The notes: generated by a model from the letters alone, not told the origin. A stretch of 64,000 nucleotides of DNA from an uncultured Puniceicoccaceae bacterium (GCA_963933835.1 CAWVVV010000003.1:128001-192000), one strand, 5' to 3'; positions 29,094 through 38,993 are shown, numbered from the stretch's first letter. Translations and numbers: made by a program.

Positions 29094-30079
29094 TGAAGCG
29101 ACTTTCTATCCTAACGAGCCTCACCGCTCTTCTTTCACTTACATCCGTCCTGCAGGCTCAAGAGGCTCACAAGATCTGGGAGCCACCTTACAGCCACGGT
29201 ATCGCAGCAGCCGTCGAAGACTCGATCATCACATTTGAAGAGCTACGCCGAGAGCTCCTGCCGCTCGTTCCACGCGTTCGCGAAGGCACACAAAACAAGG
29301 CCGAATTCGACACACAGATGTCGGAGCTCTACTTCGAAGTCCTACAGTCGCTCGTCGATCGCGTGCTGATCATGAAGGATTTCAAAGAAAAGGAGTTCAA
29401 CCTTCCCCCGTCCTTGATTGAGAATGAATTCGATAAAGTGCTTTTCGAGGATTTCGACAACGACCGCGGTAAGTTCCACGAGTTTCTAAAGTCTCAGGGC
29501 AAGAACGTCCGAGAATTCCGCCGAGAGCTCTACGAGCAAATTATCGTCTCAATCATGCGCAGCCAGAAGCAGCGCACTGCATCGCAGATCAGCCCAGAGC
29601 GGATCGAGAATTTCTACAACGAGAACAAACTTCACTTCTACGAAGACGAAGCAGTCAAGCTACGCATCATCACGATGCGCCCTATCGCCGGTGAAAGCAT
29701 CGACCTGATGCGCCAAAATATCGAGAAGGTCCTCGCCGAAATCGACAGCGGAACGCCCTTTGAAGATGTCGCGAAGGAGCACAGCCAAGATTCTCGCCGT
29801 GAACGCGGTGGTGACTGGGGCTGGATCCAACGGGGAGACCTCAAAGAAGAGCTCGCTGTGCCAGCTTTTGCCCTCGTCGTGGGCGAACATAGCGAGCCGA
29901 TTGACGTCGATAACCAAACGATGATCCTCTTCGTTGAGGACTACCGTGAGGAAGGGATTCAGGACCTTGTCGAGGTTCGGGACAATATTGAGGAAATCTT
30001 GTCCTCCCAGCTCGGACGTCAGACTCAGGAGCAATGGTTGGAGCGCCTGCGGAAAAAGGCTTACATTCGTTACTTCTAG
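29093..30079 (+). CDS. SurA-like parvulin peptidyl-prolyl isomerase
   Basis: Signal peptide, IAAAV, FEDVAKEHSQD..GGDWGW and WLERLRKKAYI motifs. Confidence 0.88.
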   Translation: MKRLSILTSLTALLSLTSVLQAQEAHKIWEPPYSHGIAAAVEDSIITFEELRRELLPLVPRVREGTQNKAEFDTQMSELYFEVLQSLVDRVLIMKDFKEKEFNLPPSLIENEFDKVLFEDFDNDRGKFHEFLKSQGKNVREFRRELYEQIIVSIMRSQKQRTASQISPERIENFYNENKLHFYEDEAVKLRIITMRPIAGESIDLMRQNIEKVLAEIDSGTPFEDVAKEHSQDSRRERGGDWGWIQRGDLKEELAVPAFALVVGEHSEPIDVDNQTMILFVEDYREEGIQDLVEVRDNIEEILSSQLGRQTQEQWLERLRKKAYIRYF

Positions 30080-30127
30080 GCCGCGCCTGCGGAAAAAGGC
30101 TTACATTCGTTACTTCTAGGCCGCGCC
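30043..30127. repeat. Perfect 40-bp tandem duplication of the surA-like 3' end
   Basis: GCGCCTGCGGAAAAAGGCTTACATTCGTTACTTCTAGGCC x2 followed by GCGCC. Confidence 0.92.
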
Positions 30128-30160
30128 CCGAACAAATCGCGTGGTCGTGCGGCAGTTGGA

Positions 30161-30961
30161 TTGGTTTTTTCTGTAAAAAAGGGTCAAAAACCGGACATTT
30201 ATGCCGAGTTTTACCCAATCACCATTCGCCTAAAATTTTGCCCCCGTTCTGGGTGCCATTCGACTGCGATCAAATTTCGCGGTCTTCTTGCTGGGCTCAT
30301 ATTGGGCCTCGGCCTTCTCACAGGCTGTCAGACCAGCAGTGTAGCCAAGACTGAAGTCTCGGAGGTCAGCACAACACAGCCTGCGACGAAACCCAATGCA
30401 GAGGTTCAAAATCTCTACGCATCGGCCCCGATCGACCCTGCGATCATCCGCGTCGTTGTTCTGCCGGTGCACTATCCGGCCTTCCAGGAGGACGTTCATT
30501 CCTACCTAGACGAGCTCTGGGCCCAAGCGCTCCAGCGTCAGAACCGCTTTGAAATCATTTTACTCAGTCGCGAACAGATCGCTGAATGGACAGGGCGGTC
30601 TCAGTGGTCGTCGACGGATGTTCTACCTGATCGCTTGCGCAAACGCATCGAAGAGCGTTACCAGCCGGACGCGGTCATGCTCTGTGACCTCACCCGCATG
30701 GAATCCTACCAGCCACTCGAAATCGGCCTACGGGCAAAGCTTTTCGAATGGCATGGGGGTGATTTCCTCTGGGGAGTCGACGGCGTCTGGAGCCAACGCC
30801 CGAACGGCCGTATCGAAGCCCGCCCAAGGAAGCTGAGTCAGATTTTCACCCTCTTTGAAGACTCCCGCAAAAGTAACCTCGATTTAGCTACAATCAGTCC
30901 GAGGTATTTCTATTACCACTTAGTGGAGTCGATCGCTTTAACCCTACCAAAAAACATATAA
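30161..30961 (+). CDS. Hypothetical lipoprotein (start uncertain)
   Basis: Lipobox LTGC; the signal peptide would begin at ATC 30269. Confidence 0.65.
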   Translation: MVFSVKKGQKPDIYAEFYPITIRLKFCPRSGCHSTAIKFRGLLAGLILGLGLLTGCQTSSVAKTEVSEVSTTQPATKPNAEVQNLYASAPIDPAIIRVVVLPVHYPAFQEDVHSYLDELWAQALQRQNRFEIILLSREQIAEWTGRSQWSSTDVLPDRLRKRIEERYQPDAVMLCDLTRMESYQPLEIGLRAKLFEWHGGDFLWGVDGVWSQRPNGRIEARPRKLSQIFTLFEDSRKSNLDLATISPRYFYYHLVESIALTLPKNI

Positions 30962-30963
30962 CC

Positions 30964-31254
30964 GTGAGAATTGATCCCCCCAATCAACGCAACAATGTCC
31001 GCGACGTCAGTGCGGCGAAGCGCAAACCTGCAACCAGTTCTACGGGTTCGCAGGACGGACCGAATGTAGAGGATCAAATCGCCTTGGCGCAGATCCACAA
31101 CATGGTCGACCAACTGATCTCTCAGCCGGAAATTCGTGAGAGCATGGTCGAGCTTGGTCGTAAACTAGTGAACGACCCTAAGTATCCGCCGGCCGAAGTG
31201 GTCAACAAGGTTGCAGAACTCCTTTCCAGAGCCATTCGGCGCCAGGGCGAATGA
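30964..31254 (+). CDS. FlgM-like anti-sigma factor
   Basis: 96 aa, low-complexity N-half, DQIAL..PEIRESMV..Y..V pattern like the FlgM C-terminus. Confidence 0.55.
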   Translation: MRIDPPNQRNNVRDVSAAKRKPATSSTGSQDGPNVEDQIALAQIHNMVDQLISQPEIRESMVELGRKLVNDPKYPPAEVVNKVAELLSRAIRRQGE

Positions 31255-32156
31255 GCGAAACGGCCGTAACAACGCCCTACACCGACGAGGAAATCGAGGC
31301 CCGGATCAATGCGATCCCTCGGCTCGCTTCCTTGCGTTCGATCAGCAAGGCCCTCACCGAGCTGCTCAACGCGGAGTATAGCCTAACCGCCCAAATCGCC
31401 GAAATCATCCGGCGTGACCCCTCGCTCACCTCGCGCTTACTGCGCTTGGTGAACTCGGTCTTCTTTGGCGCCAAGCAAAAGGTGGCGAGCATCGAAGAAG
31501 CCGTTCTCTACCTAGGTGTTCGCCAGATCAGGGAGCTCGCTCTCGCTACCCCTGTGATCGAAGACTTTGAAGCGATGGGGGCGACCAAAACGCAATTCGA
31601 TTGGAGCCTCCTCTGGAAGCAATCGATCGGGGCCGCCCTACTCACTCGCGAGATTCTAAACAACACCGACACCGCTTACGAAGATGACACTGACTATCTC
31701 GTCGGGCTGCTTCATAAGGTCGGTAAAATCGCGATGGCTTCGGCCTTCCCAGAAGAATTTTCAAACATCCACGCTGAGACCTACCGAACTGACCTCGATC
31801 TGCGCATGCGCGAGCGAGAGCTTATTGGCTGGGACTACACTCAGATGGGAGCCTACTACCTCGAGCGCAACAAACTCGATAAGCCGCTCATCGCCGCTGT
31901 CCGCTGGCAGTGTATGCCAGATCAGGCTGAACGCCATGCTCCGATGGCGGGCGCGATTCAAATCGCCCAATACTTATTGCACACGGCAGATATCGATGGC
32001 CTCGAATCGATTGAAGAGCCGGAGGCTAATAGCCCTGAAGAGCTTCCAGGCTGGAGAATTCTTTTCGGTCGTAATGAAAACAATCACGCCATCGTCATGG
32101 CATCGCTCAAGCATAGTTTGAACCGACTCCCTATGACGCTCAAGGGCATGATCTAA
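31251..32156 (+). CDS. HDOD domain protein
   Basis: IIRRDPSLTSRLLRLVNS, SIEEAVLYLG and GLLHKVGK motifs. Confidence 0.9.
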   Translation: MSETAVTTPYTDEEIEARINAIPRLASLRSISKALTELLNAEYSLTAQIAEIIRRDPSLTSRLLRLVNSVFFGAKQKVASIEEAVLYLGVRQIRELALATPVIEDFEAMGATKTQFDWSLLWKQSIGAALLTREILNNTDTAYEDDTDYLVGLLHKVGKIAMASAFPEEFSNIHAETYRTDLDLRMRERELIGWDYTQMGAYYLERNKLDKPLIAAVRWQCMPDQAERHAPMAGAIQIAQYLLHTADIDGLESIEEPEANSPEELPGWRILFGRNENNHAIVMASLKHSLNRLPMTLKGMI

Positions 32157-32181
32157 CCCTTCCAGACTAGACTCTACCGGT

Positions 32182-32751
32182 TCACTGCTCAATCCAGACG
32201 AGTGAACCCGCTGGCACCTCGTCATAGAGCTTCACTAAAGGCTCATCCATCAAGACGAGGCAGCCACCACTCTGATTCTCAGGGAATTCCTCCGGTCGAG
32301 TCGTCCCGTGGATATAGATGTAGCGGTCAAAGGTATCGACGCCCTCCCCTGCATTCAGGCCCGGCTCCAATCCGCCAAGGCGCAATATGCGTGTCGTGAC
32401 GAACATCCTCTGATCAGGGCCGTAATCTTCGCGCTCATCGAAGCGCTGGTTCGTCGATTCACGACTGATGAAGACCATACCGGGCTCGGCTCCATCGCCA
32501 TATTTCTCCGCGACATGGTGCAGGCCCCGTGGAGACCCGCCTGAGTTCTCAGCACAAGAGGGCGGTCTTTTGCCTGAGCTAAACGTGTGGGTAGCTGACA
32601 AGGTCCACCCTGCATCGCCTTTACTGCGCCGCCAGTGCTCAAGTTTTTTCTCGCCAAGGAAGGCGAGCAAAACATCGTCCGTGACTTCCTTTCGGAGGCG
32701 CTGAATTGCGTTTTCGAAAGGCTCACATACTGATTTCCAAGACCATGTCAT
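32182..32751 (-). CDS. L,D-transpeptidase (YkuD) family protein
   Basis: SPRGLH and RYIYIHGT...SGGC motifs; start uncertain. Confidence 0.85.
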   Translation of the reverse strand: MTWSWKSVCEPFENAIQRLRKEVTDDVLLAFLGEKKLEHWRRSKGDAGWTLSATHTFSSGKRPPSCAENSGGSPRGLHHVAEKYGDGAEPGMVFISRESTNQRFDEREDYGPDQRMFVTTRILRLGGLEPGLNAGEGVDTFDRYIYIHGTTRPEEFPENQSGGCLVLMDEPLVKLYDEVPAGSLVWIEQ

Positions 32752-33767
32752 ACCGTATCGGAATCTTTGGAGCCACTGGCGCAGTTGGTCAAGAGCTCCT
32801 CCAACTTCTCGTCAACCGATCGTTTCCCGCAGAATCGATCCGGCTCTTTGCCTCTGCTCGCTCAGCCGGCAAAACCGCTTCCGTTGGCGACAAAACATGG
32901 ACGATCGAAGAAGCCAACGCCGGTGCGTTCAGCGAGCTCGACCTCGCGCTCTTCTCCGTCAGTGGTGGCTTCTCGAAGGAGATGGGGCCAAAGGCTGTCG
33001 AAGCTGGCTGTGTCGTCGTAGATAACTCCAGCGCCTTCCGTATGGATCCAGAGGTGCCCCTCGTCGTACCAGAGGTGAACCTCGATGCGCTCGATGCACA
33101 CAAGGGCATCATCGCGAATCCGAACTGCTCGACTGCAATCACCTTGATGGGCCTTTACCCGCTCCACCAAGTCTTCGGCGTGAAGCGCTTCTTTGCCTCC
33201 ACCTATCAAGCAGTATCAGGCAGCGGAGTCGCAGGCATGCAGGAGCTCGAAAAGCAAACCCGCGCATGGGCTGCCGACGAAACCTCCGCGCCCGAGACCT
33301 ACCCACACCCAATCGCTTTCAATGTCCTCCCTCACGTCGACGTCTTCTATCCTGATGGCTACACCAAGGAAGAACACAAGATGACAGATGAGAGCCGCAA
33401 GATCATGGGCACACCGGATCTCCGCGTCTCGACGACCTGTGTCCGCGTTCCCGTCATGCGCGCCCACTCTGTTGCAATCAGTGCCGAATTTGAAAAGGCG
33501 GTTGATCTCGACGCTGCCCGTGCCGCGATCGAAGCCTTCCCCGGCGTTCAGCTCATCGACAATCCCGATGAGAACAGCTACCCGCTGCCCCTCAACCAAG
33601 CAGGCCTTAACGACTGTGCAGTCGGGCGATTACGCGAAGACCTCGCCTTCGACAACGGGCTGTGCTTCTGGGTCGTCGGAGATCAAATCCTTAAGGGAGC
33701 TGCTCTCAACGCGGTGCAGATTGCCGAAGCCTTGCATGCCAAGGGCCTCGTGCGGGTGCAGAGCTAA
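32745..33767 (+). CDS. asd: Aspartate-semialdehyde dehydrogenase
   Basis: GATGAVG, DNSSAFRM, ANPNCST, CVRVPV and KGAALNAVQ motifs. Confidence 0.96.
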   Translation: MSYRIGIFGATGAVGQELLQLLVNRSFPAESIRLFASARSAGKTASVGDKTWTIEEANAGAFSELDLALFSVSGGFSKEMGPKAVEAGCVVVDNSSAFRMDPEVPLVVPEVNLDALDAHKGIIANPNCSTAITLMGLYPLHQVFGVKRFFASTYQAVSGSGVAGMQELEKQTRAWAADETSAPETYPHPIAFNVLPHVDVFYPDGYTKEEHKMTDESRKIMGTPDLRVSTTCVRVPVMRAHSVAISAEFEKAVDLDAARAAIEAFPGVQLIDNPDENSYPLPLNQAGLNDCAVGRLREDLAFDNGLCFWVVGDQILKGAALNAVQIAEALHAKGLVRVQS

Positions 33768-33816
33768 GAAGCTCAAACTTGCGGGGGGCTGCCACCATTT
33801 CCAACGCATTGAAAAA

Positions 33817-33893
33817 TGGTAGGCGATGACGGACTCGAACCGCCGACCCGCTGCGTGTAAAGCAGCCGCTCTAACCAACTGAGCTAATCGCCC
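33817..33893 (-). tRNA. tRNA-Val(TAC)
   Basis: GGGCGATTAGCTCAGTTGG..TTTACAC..GGTTCGAGTCC..CCA cloverleaf. Confidence 0.96.
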
Positions 33894-34108
33894 CCTTAAA
33901 AAGGAAGCTCAAAGAAGATGGCTTTCGGCACAGGCAAACAAGCCCAAAATGACCGGATTTGAAGATTTCGGTCATCTGTGAGAAATCAAGGAAACCCTTT
34001 AGAGCCGCCTCGGGTGCAGGCCTTAGGCAAAGTAAAGAGCACATCTAACTGCTCCCAATGCGCTCCTTAGCCTTGTCTTTACGGTCTTGTTTGCGATTAA
34101 ATCAGACC

Positions 34109-34480
34109 GTGTTTGATCTACTGAACTATTCCGACGGCGCTGTTGTCATCAGTGAAGGCATTGTGGATGAGCATCTTCTCATTCTCCAAACCGGAACCGT
34201 CGTCATCTCCAAAGATGGAACAGAGGTCGCACGTATCAGCGAAAAAGGGACTTTCATCGGTAAAATCTCAGCTATCTTAGGAGAAAAGCGGAACTGCACC
34301 GTTACAGCCTCCGGCGAATGCGACATCCTAAAGCTCGATCAAACCATCGATGAGCTCATTGCAGAGAATCCACGACTCGTGAAGAAACTCCTTCAAGAGC
34401 TCCCGACGCGCCTCGCAGCAGCAACCGATACCCTCGTGCAATCTCAGCATTCACTGATTACCTTCCGAGAGCAGGGCTAG
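34109..34480 (+). CDS. Stand-alone cNMP-binding domain protein
   Basis: VISEG, LQTGTV and FIGKIS..RNCTVTA; the usual GE motif reads GK. Confidence 0.75.
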   Translation: MFDLLNYSDGAVVISEGIVDEHLLILQTGTVVISKDGTEVARISEKGTFIGKISAILGEKRNCTVTASGECDILKLDQTIDELIAENPRLVKKLLQELPTRLAAATDTLVQSQHSLITFREQG

Positions 34481-34523
34481 ACGCTAGAATCCTCGCAGGC
34501 ATTCAAAGCCTGCAAAGGAACAG

Positions 34524-34751
34524 TTGTCTTGGGTCAGCGGATCCATTGCATCCTTTTGTATCAATGAGCAGCCAGCAAAGCCCGTCGACCGCCTTGCCCT
34601 TGGCCTAGGCATCGCGACCTTCGCCATCATCAACCTTGCCGTCCTCATCCACTTCACCGCTTTCGGCCCACCTATCCTCGTAAAGATTCTACTCGGCCTC
34701 GGCCTCGCAACCGGAGCGGTTGCGTGGGTAAGGCTGAATAAGAGTAACTAG
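34524..34751 (+). CDS. Small two-TM membrane protein (start uncertain; possible 1-nt deletion after ATG 34564)
   Basis: Two hydrophobic helices; one extra A near 34576 would give a natural MSSQQKPVDRLALG start. Confidence 0.4.
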   Translation: MSWVSGSIASFCINEQPAKPVDRLALGLGIATFAIINLAVLIHFTAFGPPILVKILLGLGLATGAVAWVRLNKSN

Positions 34752-34773
34752 GCATTGCTAGATGCGCGATTAT

Positions 34774-34791
34774 ATGCATACGTGTATGCAT
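34774..34791. promoter_or_regulatory. Palindromic operator of vapBC
   Basis: ATGCATAC-GT-GTATGCAT overlapping the antitoxin start; TTGCTA -35-like hexamer at 34755. Confidence 0.6.
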
Positions 34792-34972
34792 GAGAACGAC
34801 CTTGAATATAGACGATGAAATTTATCAGAGAGCGGTAAAACTCACCGGCATCAAAGAGAAGACGTCGCTTTTACATGAGGGATTGAAAGCTCTCATTGCC
34901 GCGGAGAGCTCTAGACGATTAGCAAAACTAGGTGCAACCTCTCCGAAAATCCAAGACATCCCGAGGAGATGA
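34790..34972 (+). CDS. vapB: VapB-type antitoxin
   Basis: MRTTLNIDD..TGIKEKT RHH-like N-terminus; ATGA overlap with the toxin. Confidence 0.88.
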   Translation: MRTTLNIDDEIYQRAVKLTGIKEKTSLLHEGLKALIAAESSRRLAKLGATSPKIQDIPRR

Positions 34973-35319
34973 TCTTAGTCGATACGTCCGTTTGGATTGA
35001 TCACCTACGGCAAGGAAACGAGCTCCTATCGGATTTGCTCAATCAAAACCGCGTCGTGACTCACCCACTCGTTTTAGGCGAACTAGCTCTAGGAAATATC
35101 TCGAAGCGAGAAACCTTCCTTGAGCTCATTCGAAACCTTCCGACAGCCGAGGAAGCAAGCCATGACGAAGTCATCGCATTTATCGAAAAGAACCGAATGT
35201 GGAGTAAAGGCATCGGCTATGTTGACCTCCACCTACTCTGCTCATCATTAATCGCATCTGTCCCTCTATGGACCTTAGATAAACGGTTAGCAAAGGTAGC
35301 TAAATCCTTCGGAGCCTGA
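34969..35319 (+). CDS. vapC: VapC PIN-domain toxin
   Basis: MILVDTSVWIDHL, GELALG, VDLHLL and WTLDKRL motifs. Confidence 0.92.
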   Translation: MILVDTSVWIDHLRQGNELLSDLLNQNRVVTHPLVLGELALGNISKRETFLELIRNLPTAEEASHDEVIAFIEKNRMWSKGIGYVDLHLLCSSLIASVPLWTLDKRLAKVAKSFGA

Positions 35320-35365
35320 AGAACTGAGAGCGCTCAATCCGGGGATCCTCTCTGTATTGGATTTC

Positions 35366-36484
35366 CTACTCCGCACCAAACTTATCCACCATCGCATCGA
35401 CATCGAGGAAATCGATTTCGAGGGTTGAAACGGTGATGTCTTTGAGCTGAAGGCCTTGGACGAGTTCGAAAGCGACGAGATTATTTCCCCCTGCAGTGTT
35501 CAACGCGCCTGCCTTGAGGCGTTCACCTTCTGCACTGGCTTGCTTTTCGAGGAGCTGGCCTTTGGCGGAGAATTCGGCGGCGTAGAGATCGGCATCGGCC
35601 TGGAGTTTTGCGGAGGCAAATCTTGAATCGGCTCGAATCTGCGACATCTGCTTATCAGTCGTGGCTTGCAGGGTCAGCTTCGCAGCCCGCATCTCTTCTT
35701 CGATGACGCGAACCTTCGCTTCAGTCTCAGCTGCGATGCGATTTGTTTTACCCTTCTTTTCTTCAGCAAGGGCACGGGACTTATTCAACTCCACATCTTG
35801 GTCAGCCAGTTTCTTGTCGAGAATCTTCCGCTCATAGGAGGGGTCGAAAGCGATATCACGAATGAGCACACCGACGAGTTCGATGTGGTTTTTCTTCAAC
35901 TCTACGGAGAGCCCCTCAGTGACAATATCCGTCTTCACGCGACGCACATTGGGATCGTAGAACTCCTCTGTGAGCATAAGGCCGAAGACGCCACGAATCG
36001 TTTCCTGCACTTGGTCTCCTACAATACCTTTGTAGCGAGCCTCTGTATTGAATTGTCGATACAGCGAATGAGTCTCACCTGGAGAAATGCGATACTTAAC
36101 AGTGACGTCAAGTTTGACCGTGTATCCATCTTTTGACTTCAATTCGATCTGATCTGGTCCACTGATCGCAGGACTACTTGAACGGAGAGCTGTCGAGAGG
36201 AATTTATAACGATCGCGCTGGATCTTGCGCTCCTCAGCGGTGGTAAACTCCGTTGTTTGAACGGTCGAATCAAAGATATTCCATGAGTCGAAAAGGGGCA
36301 GATTGCGATGCCAACCGGGAGCAAAGTCCTTCTTCACTACACCCTTCTCACCGAGAAAGGCATACTGCTGAGTGCGGACTCCGACTTCACCGAGTTCGAT
36401 GCGGATGAATAAAAACTGGGCCGCCAAAAAGATGCCGACGATCCCGAGGATAACTAAAATAGAAAGGTATTTGATAAAATTCAT
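35366..36484 (-). CDS. SPFH (band 7) domain membrane protein
   Basis: N-terminal [22 protein letters not shown]-rich coiled coil. Confidence 0.85.
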   Translation of the reverse strand: MNFIKYLSILVILGIVGIFLAAQFLFIRIELGEVGVRTQQYAFLGEKGVVKKDFAPGWHRNLPLFDSWNIFDSTVQTTEFTTAEERKIQRDRYKFLSTALRSSSPAISGPDQIELKSKDGYTVKLDVTVKYRISPGETHSLYRQFNTEARYKGIVGDQVQETIRGVFGLMLTEEFYDPNVRRVKTDIVTEGLSVELKKNHIELVGVLIRDIAFDPSYERKILDKKLADQDVELNKSRALAEEKKGKTNRIAAETEAKVRVIEEEMRAAKLTLQATTDKQMSQIRADSRFASAKLQADADLYAAEFSAKGQLLEKQASAEGERLKAGALNTAGGNNLVAFELVQGLQLKDITVSTLEIDFLDVDAMVDKFGAE

Positions 36485-36502
36485 AGTGGATCTCTTTGAG
36501 AA

Positions 36503-37630
36503 CTATTCTGTGTTGGAACGACGACGACTAGCGGCTTCCTGGGTGTGAGAAAAACGCTCAGTGGAGCTCTCGAGAGTAAAAGGTTGCCCGCTCACACTCA
36601 GCTCTTGGAGCTTCTTAGCGTAGGCTCTCTTAACCAGCGTGCGGCCCCCTTCCCCAGTGTAGGCGTTTGCGAGTTCAGTGAGCGCTTCACCCTCAGCCTT
36701 TGCTTGAGCAAGGATCGCCTGAGCATTCTTTTCGCGCTCATAGAAACGCGCATCGGCACCCAGCTCTGTCTCAATGACATAGGCCTCAGCTCCACGCACA
36801 AGACGCTCGGCTTCAGCATCAGCACCAACGATGAGTTTACGCATCTCTCCATCGAAGGAGGCAAGGATGACTTCCTTCTTCTTCGTCGCTTCAACGACGC
36901 GGAAGATTTGGTTCTGCTCGGCAGCTTTCGCCTTTGAAATCTGCTCCTCGACTTCTTGGTCGGCTAATTTCTTTTCACGGATGCGTTCCTCATACTCTGG
37001 GTGAAAGCGGAACTTCTCGGCTACGACGCGTTCCACCTGCAAACCAGAGAAACGTAGGGAAGCGTTGAGCTCGTCCATCGCCTTGCGTGCTTTGTCATCG
37101 CGCACACTCGAGTCGTAAAATTCCTCTGTCGTCATCTCGCCGAACACTGAGCGGCAAACCGAACGTGAATAGTCGCGCAGCCACTTGATCTTGTAAGCAT
37201 CACCTAGACCAGAGCTCGCCACTGCTTCCTCGATCATATCGAGGCGTAGACGGTAGTTGATTGTGAGGTCGAGGAATACATCGCTGCCGTCGATCGTCTT
37301 GATCCGCAGATCATCCTTGTTGCGACGATCACCGCGGGAGACGTCGGCCGACATCTCCAGACGCTGCGTCGTCGTATCCAAAATATGGAACGAATTAAAA
37401 ACTCCATTGTAGATCGTTGTCCCTGATTCGGTAACAACATTCACAACACCCGTCAGGTTATTGATCTTAACACCGACCTCCGTGCCCTCGACGCGCTGAA
37501 CGCGGACGGTGACAAGCAAGAAGAGTATCGTCGCTATGATCGCGACAAGAAAGAGAATGAGGGGGCCGCTGAAATTCTGCAGCGCATTCGCCCCCGGGCG
37601 GTTGAAATTTATCGTAGATTTATTCGACAT
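36503..37630 (-). CDS. SPFH (band 7) domain membrane protein
   Basis: N-terminal [19 protein letters not shown], coiled coil; paralogous to its neighbour. Confidence 0.85.
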   Translation of the reverse strand: MSNKSTINFNRPGANALQNFSGPLILFLVAIIATILFLLVTVRVQRVEGTEVGVKINNLTGVVNVVTESGTTIYNGVFNSFHILDTTTQRLEMSADVSRGDRRNKDDLRIKTIDGSDVFLDLTINYRLRLDMIEEAVASSGLGDAYKIKWLRDYSRSVCRSVFGEMTTEEFYDSSVRDDKARKAMDELNASLRFSGLQVERVVAEKFRFHPEYEERIREKKLADQEVEEQISKAKAAEQNQIFRVVEATKKKEVILASFDGEMRKLIVGADAEAERLVRGAEAYVIETELGADARFYEREKNAQAILAQAKAEGEALTELANAYTGEGGRTLVKRAYAKKLQELSVSGQPFTLESSTERFSHTQEAASRRRSNTE

Positions 37631-37985
37631 GGCTTACTGAGGTGACGGTCCATTAAACTCCGGACTTTGATGAAGGATTGGTCAGCACTATGAAATGGCA
37701 CTAGTGTGATGAATAAAATGAGTTCTCTGAGCGTAGAAGAAACATGTGCTCAACAAAGGCGAGGATGAAGTATTGAGAATAAGTCTTTCGCTCTGACCTC
37801 ATGTCATTCTGGAGCTCAGTTAGATCTAAAATGACGTCCAGATGGCCTGCTAGGTAATATAACGCAGGAACCGGATGCCTACAAAACGGGCTCCTAACTT
37901 ACCCTTAGGGTGAAGCATCCCCGGTCAATTGCGATGAAATGTGCTTGATCTTTAGAGGCACCTAAAACCTTAATCAAGCGCCCGA

Positions 37986-38993
37986 ATGTCAAAAAAATAC
38001 ACCTCAACCCGCCTAGCAGACTACGAAAACTGGCTGAAAGACGGAGCACCCAATCCTCTCAACAGAATAAGCGACTGCACCCTACTTCTGGAAAAACCTG
38101 ATTTAATTGAGGGAGCTGAGCCCTTCTCGCTAGAATTAGGAATGACGGAGCCGTCCGAGCAGGCCTTTTGTCAGTGGTATGGAGCACATGCCTTTAAAGG
38201 CTGGGGAGAGTGGGTTGAACTAGGCTCCTTTCTCGGCTCGCTAACGGTTCCAGGCGTCCGCGGGCTCAGGGTTAACCCTTCTAAAACAGCAGCCGCCCAC
38301 AAAATCCGCGTCTATGACCTTTTCAGGTGGAACTCTATGATGGTTGAGTTCGCTGACTATTATGAGATCAAAGATGCTCCGACGGAAGGCACGTGGTACA
38401 TCCAATATTATAAAGACTACAACGCACACGTCCTTGATCGAGTAGAGGTCACTCAGGCGGACTTGACGCGCCGCGATTACTCGGGCGAGCCGATCGAATT
38501 CCTCGTCATAGATGTCATGAAATATCCGGCTTTGGTGACAAACATACTGCGTGAGTTTTTTCCTTCGCTCCGCGCCGGTTCGCTTGTTTTCCACCAAGAC
38601 TACCTCCATTTCTATGAGGGTTGGATCACCTTGAGTATGTATCAAATGCAAGACTGCTTTAAGTTTCGTAGTGCACTACCAGAAGGTGATACCGTGATTT
38701 TTGAAGCGACCCAAAGTCCCAACCCCGAAAAGTTGGAATTTTTGGCGAACAACGAAGAATTAACGGTTGAGCTCATCAACGACGCTTTTGACTGGAGCCG
38801 TAGCGTTATTCCGGAGGCTCATCACCACCAAGTCGACGCCACACAGTGCATGATGTATTACCATGCCGGCCACCACGACGAGTGTAGAGCTCTCTATCAG
38901 CAGTTGGCTACGAGACACTCCTATCCTTCCTCGCTAGCAGACCTAAAAGCATACCTTGAAAACAATAAGTTATTCAGCCTGCAGGAAAACTGA
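37986..38993 (+). CDS. Putative class I SAM-dependent methyltransferase-like protein
   Basis: VELGSFLGS, YDLF, IEFLVID and FHQDY motifs. Confidence 0.6.
   Translation: MSKKYTSTRLADYENWLKDGAPNPLNRISDCTLLLEKPDLIEGAEPFSLELGMTEPSEQAFCQWYGAHAFKGWGEWVELGSFLGSLTVPGVRGLRVNPSKTAAAHKIRVYDLFRWNSMMVEFADYYEIKDAPTEGTWYIQYYKDYNAHVLDRVEVTQADLTRRDYSGEPIEFLVIDVMKYPALVTNILREFFPSLRAGSLVFHQDYLHFYEGWITLSMYQMQDCFKFRSALPEGDTVIFEATQSPNPEKLEFLANNEELTVELINDAFDWSRSVIPEAHHHQVDATQCMMYYHAGHHDECRALYQQLATRHSYPSSLADLKAYLENNKLFSLQEN

Noticed and set aside
37631..37985. Sigma-54 promoter or structured RNA in the SPFH/methyltransferase intergenic region
   Set aside because: TGGCAC lacks a properly spaced TTGC; the hairpins match no family I recognise.
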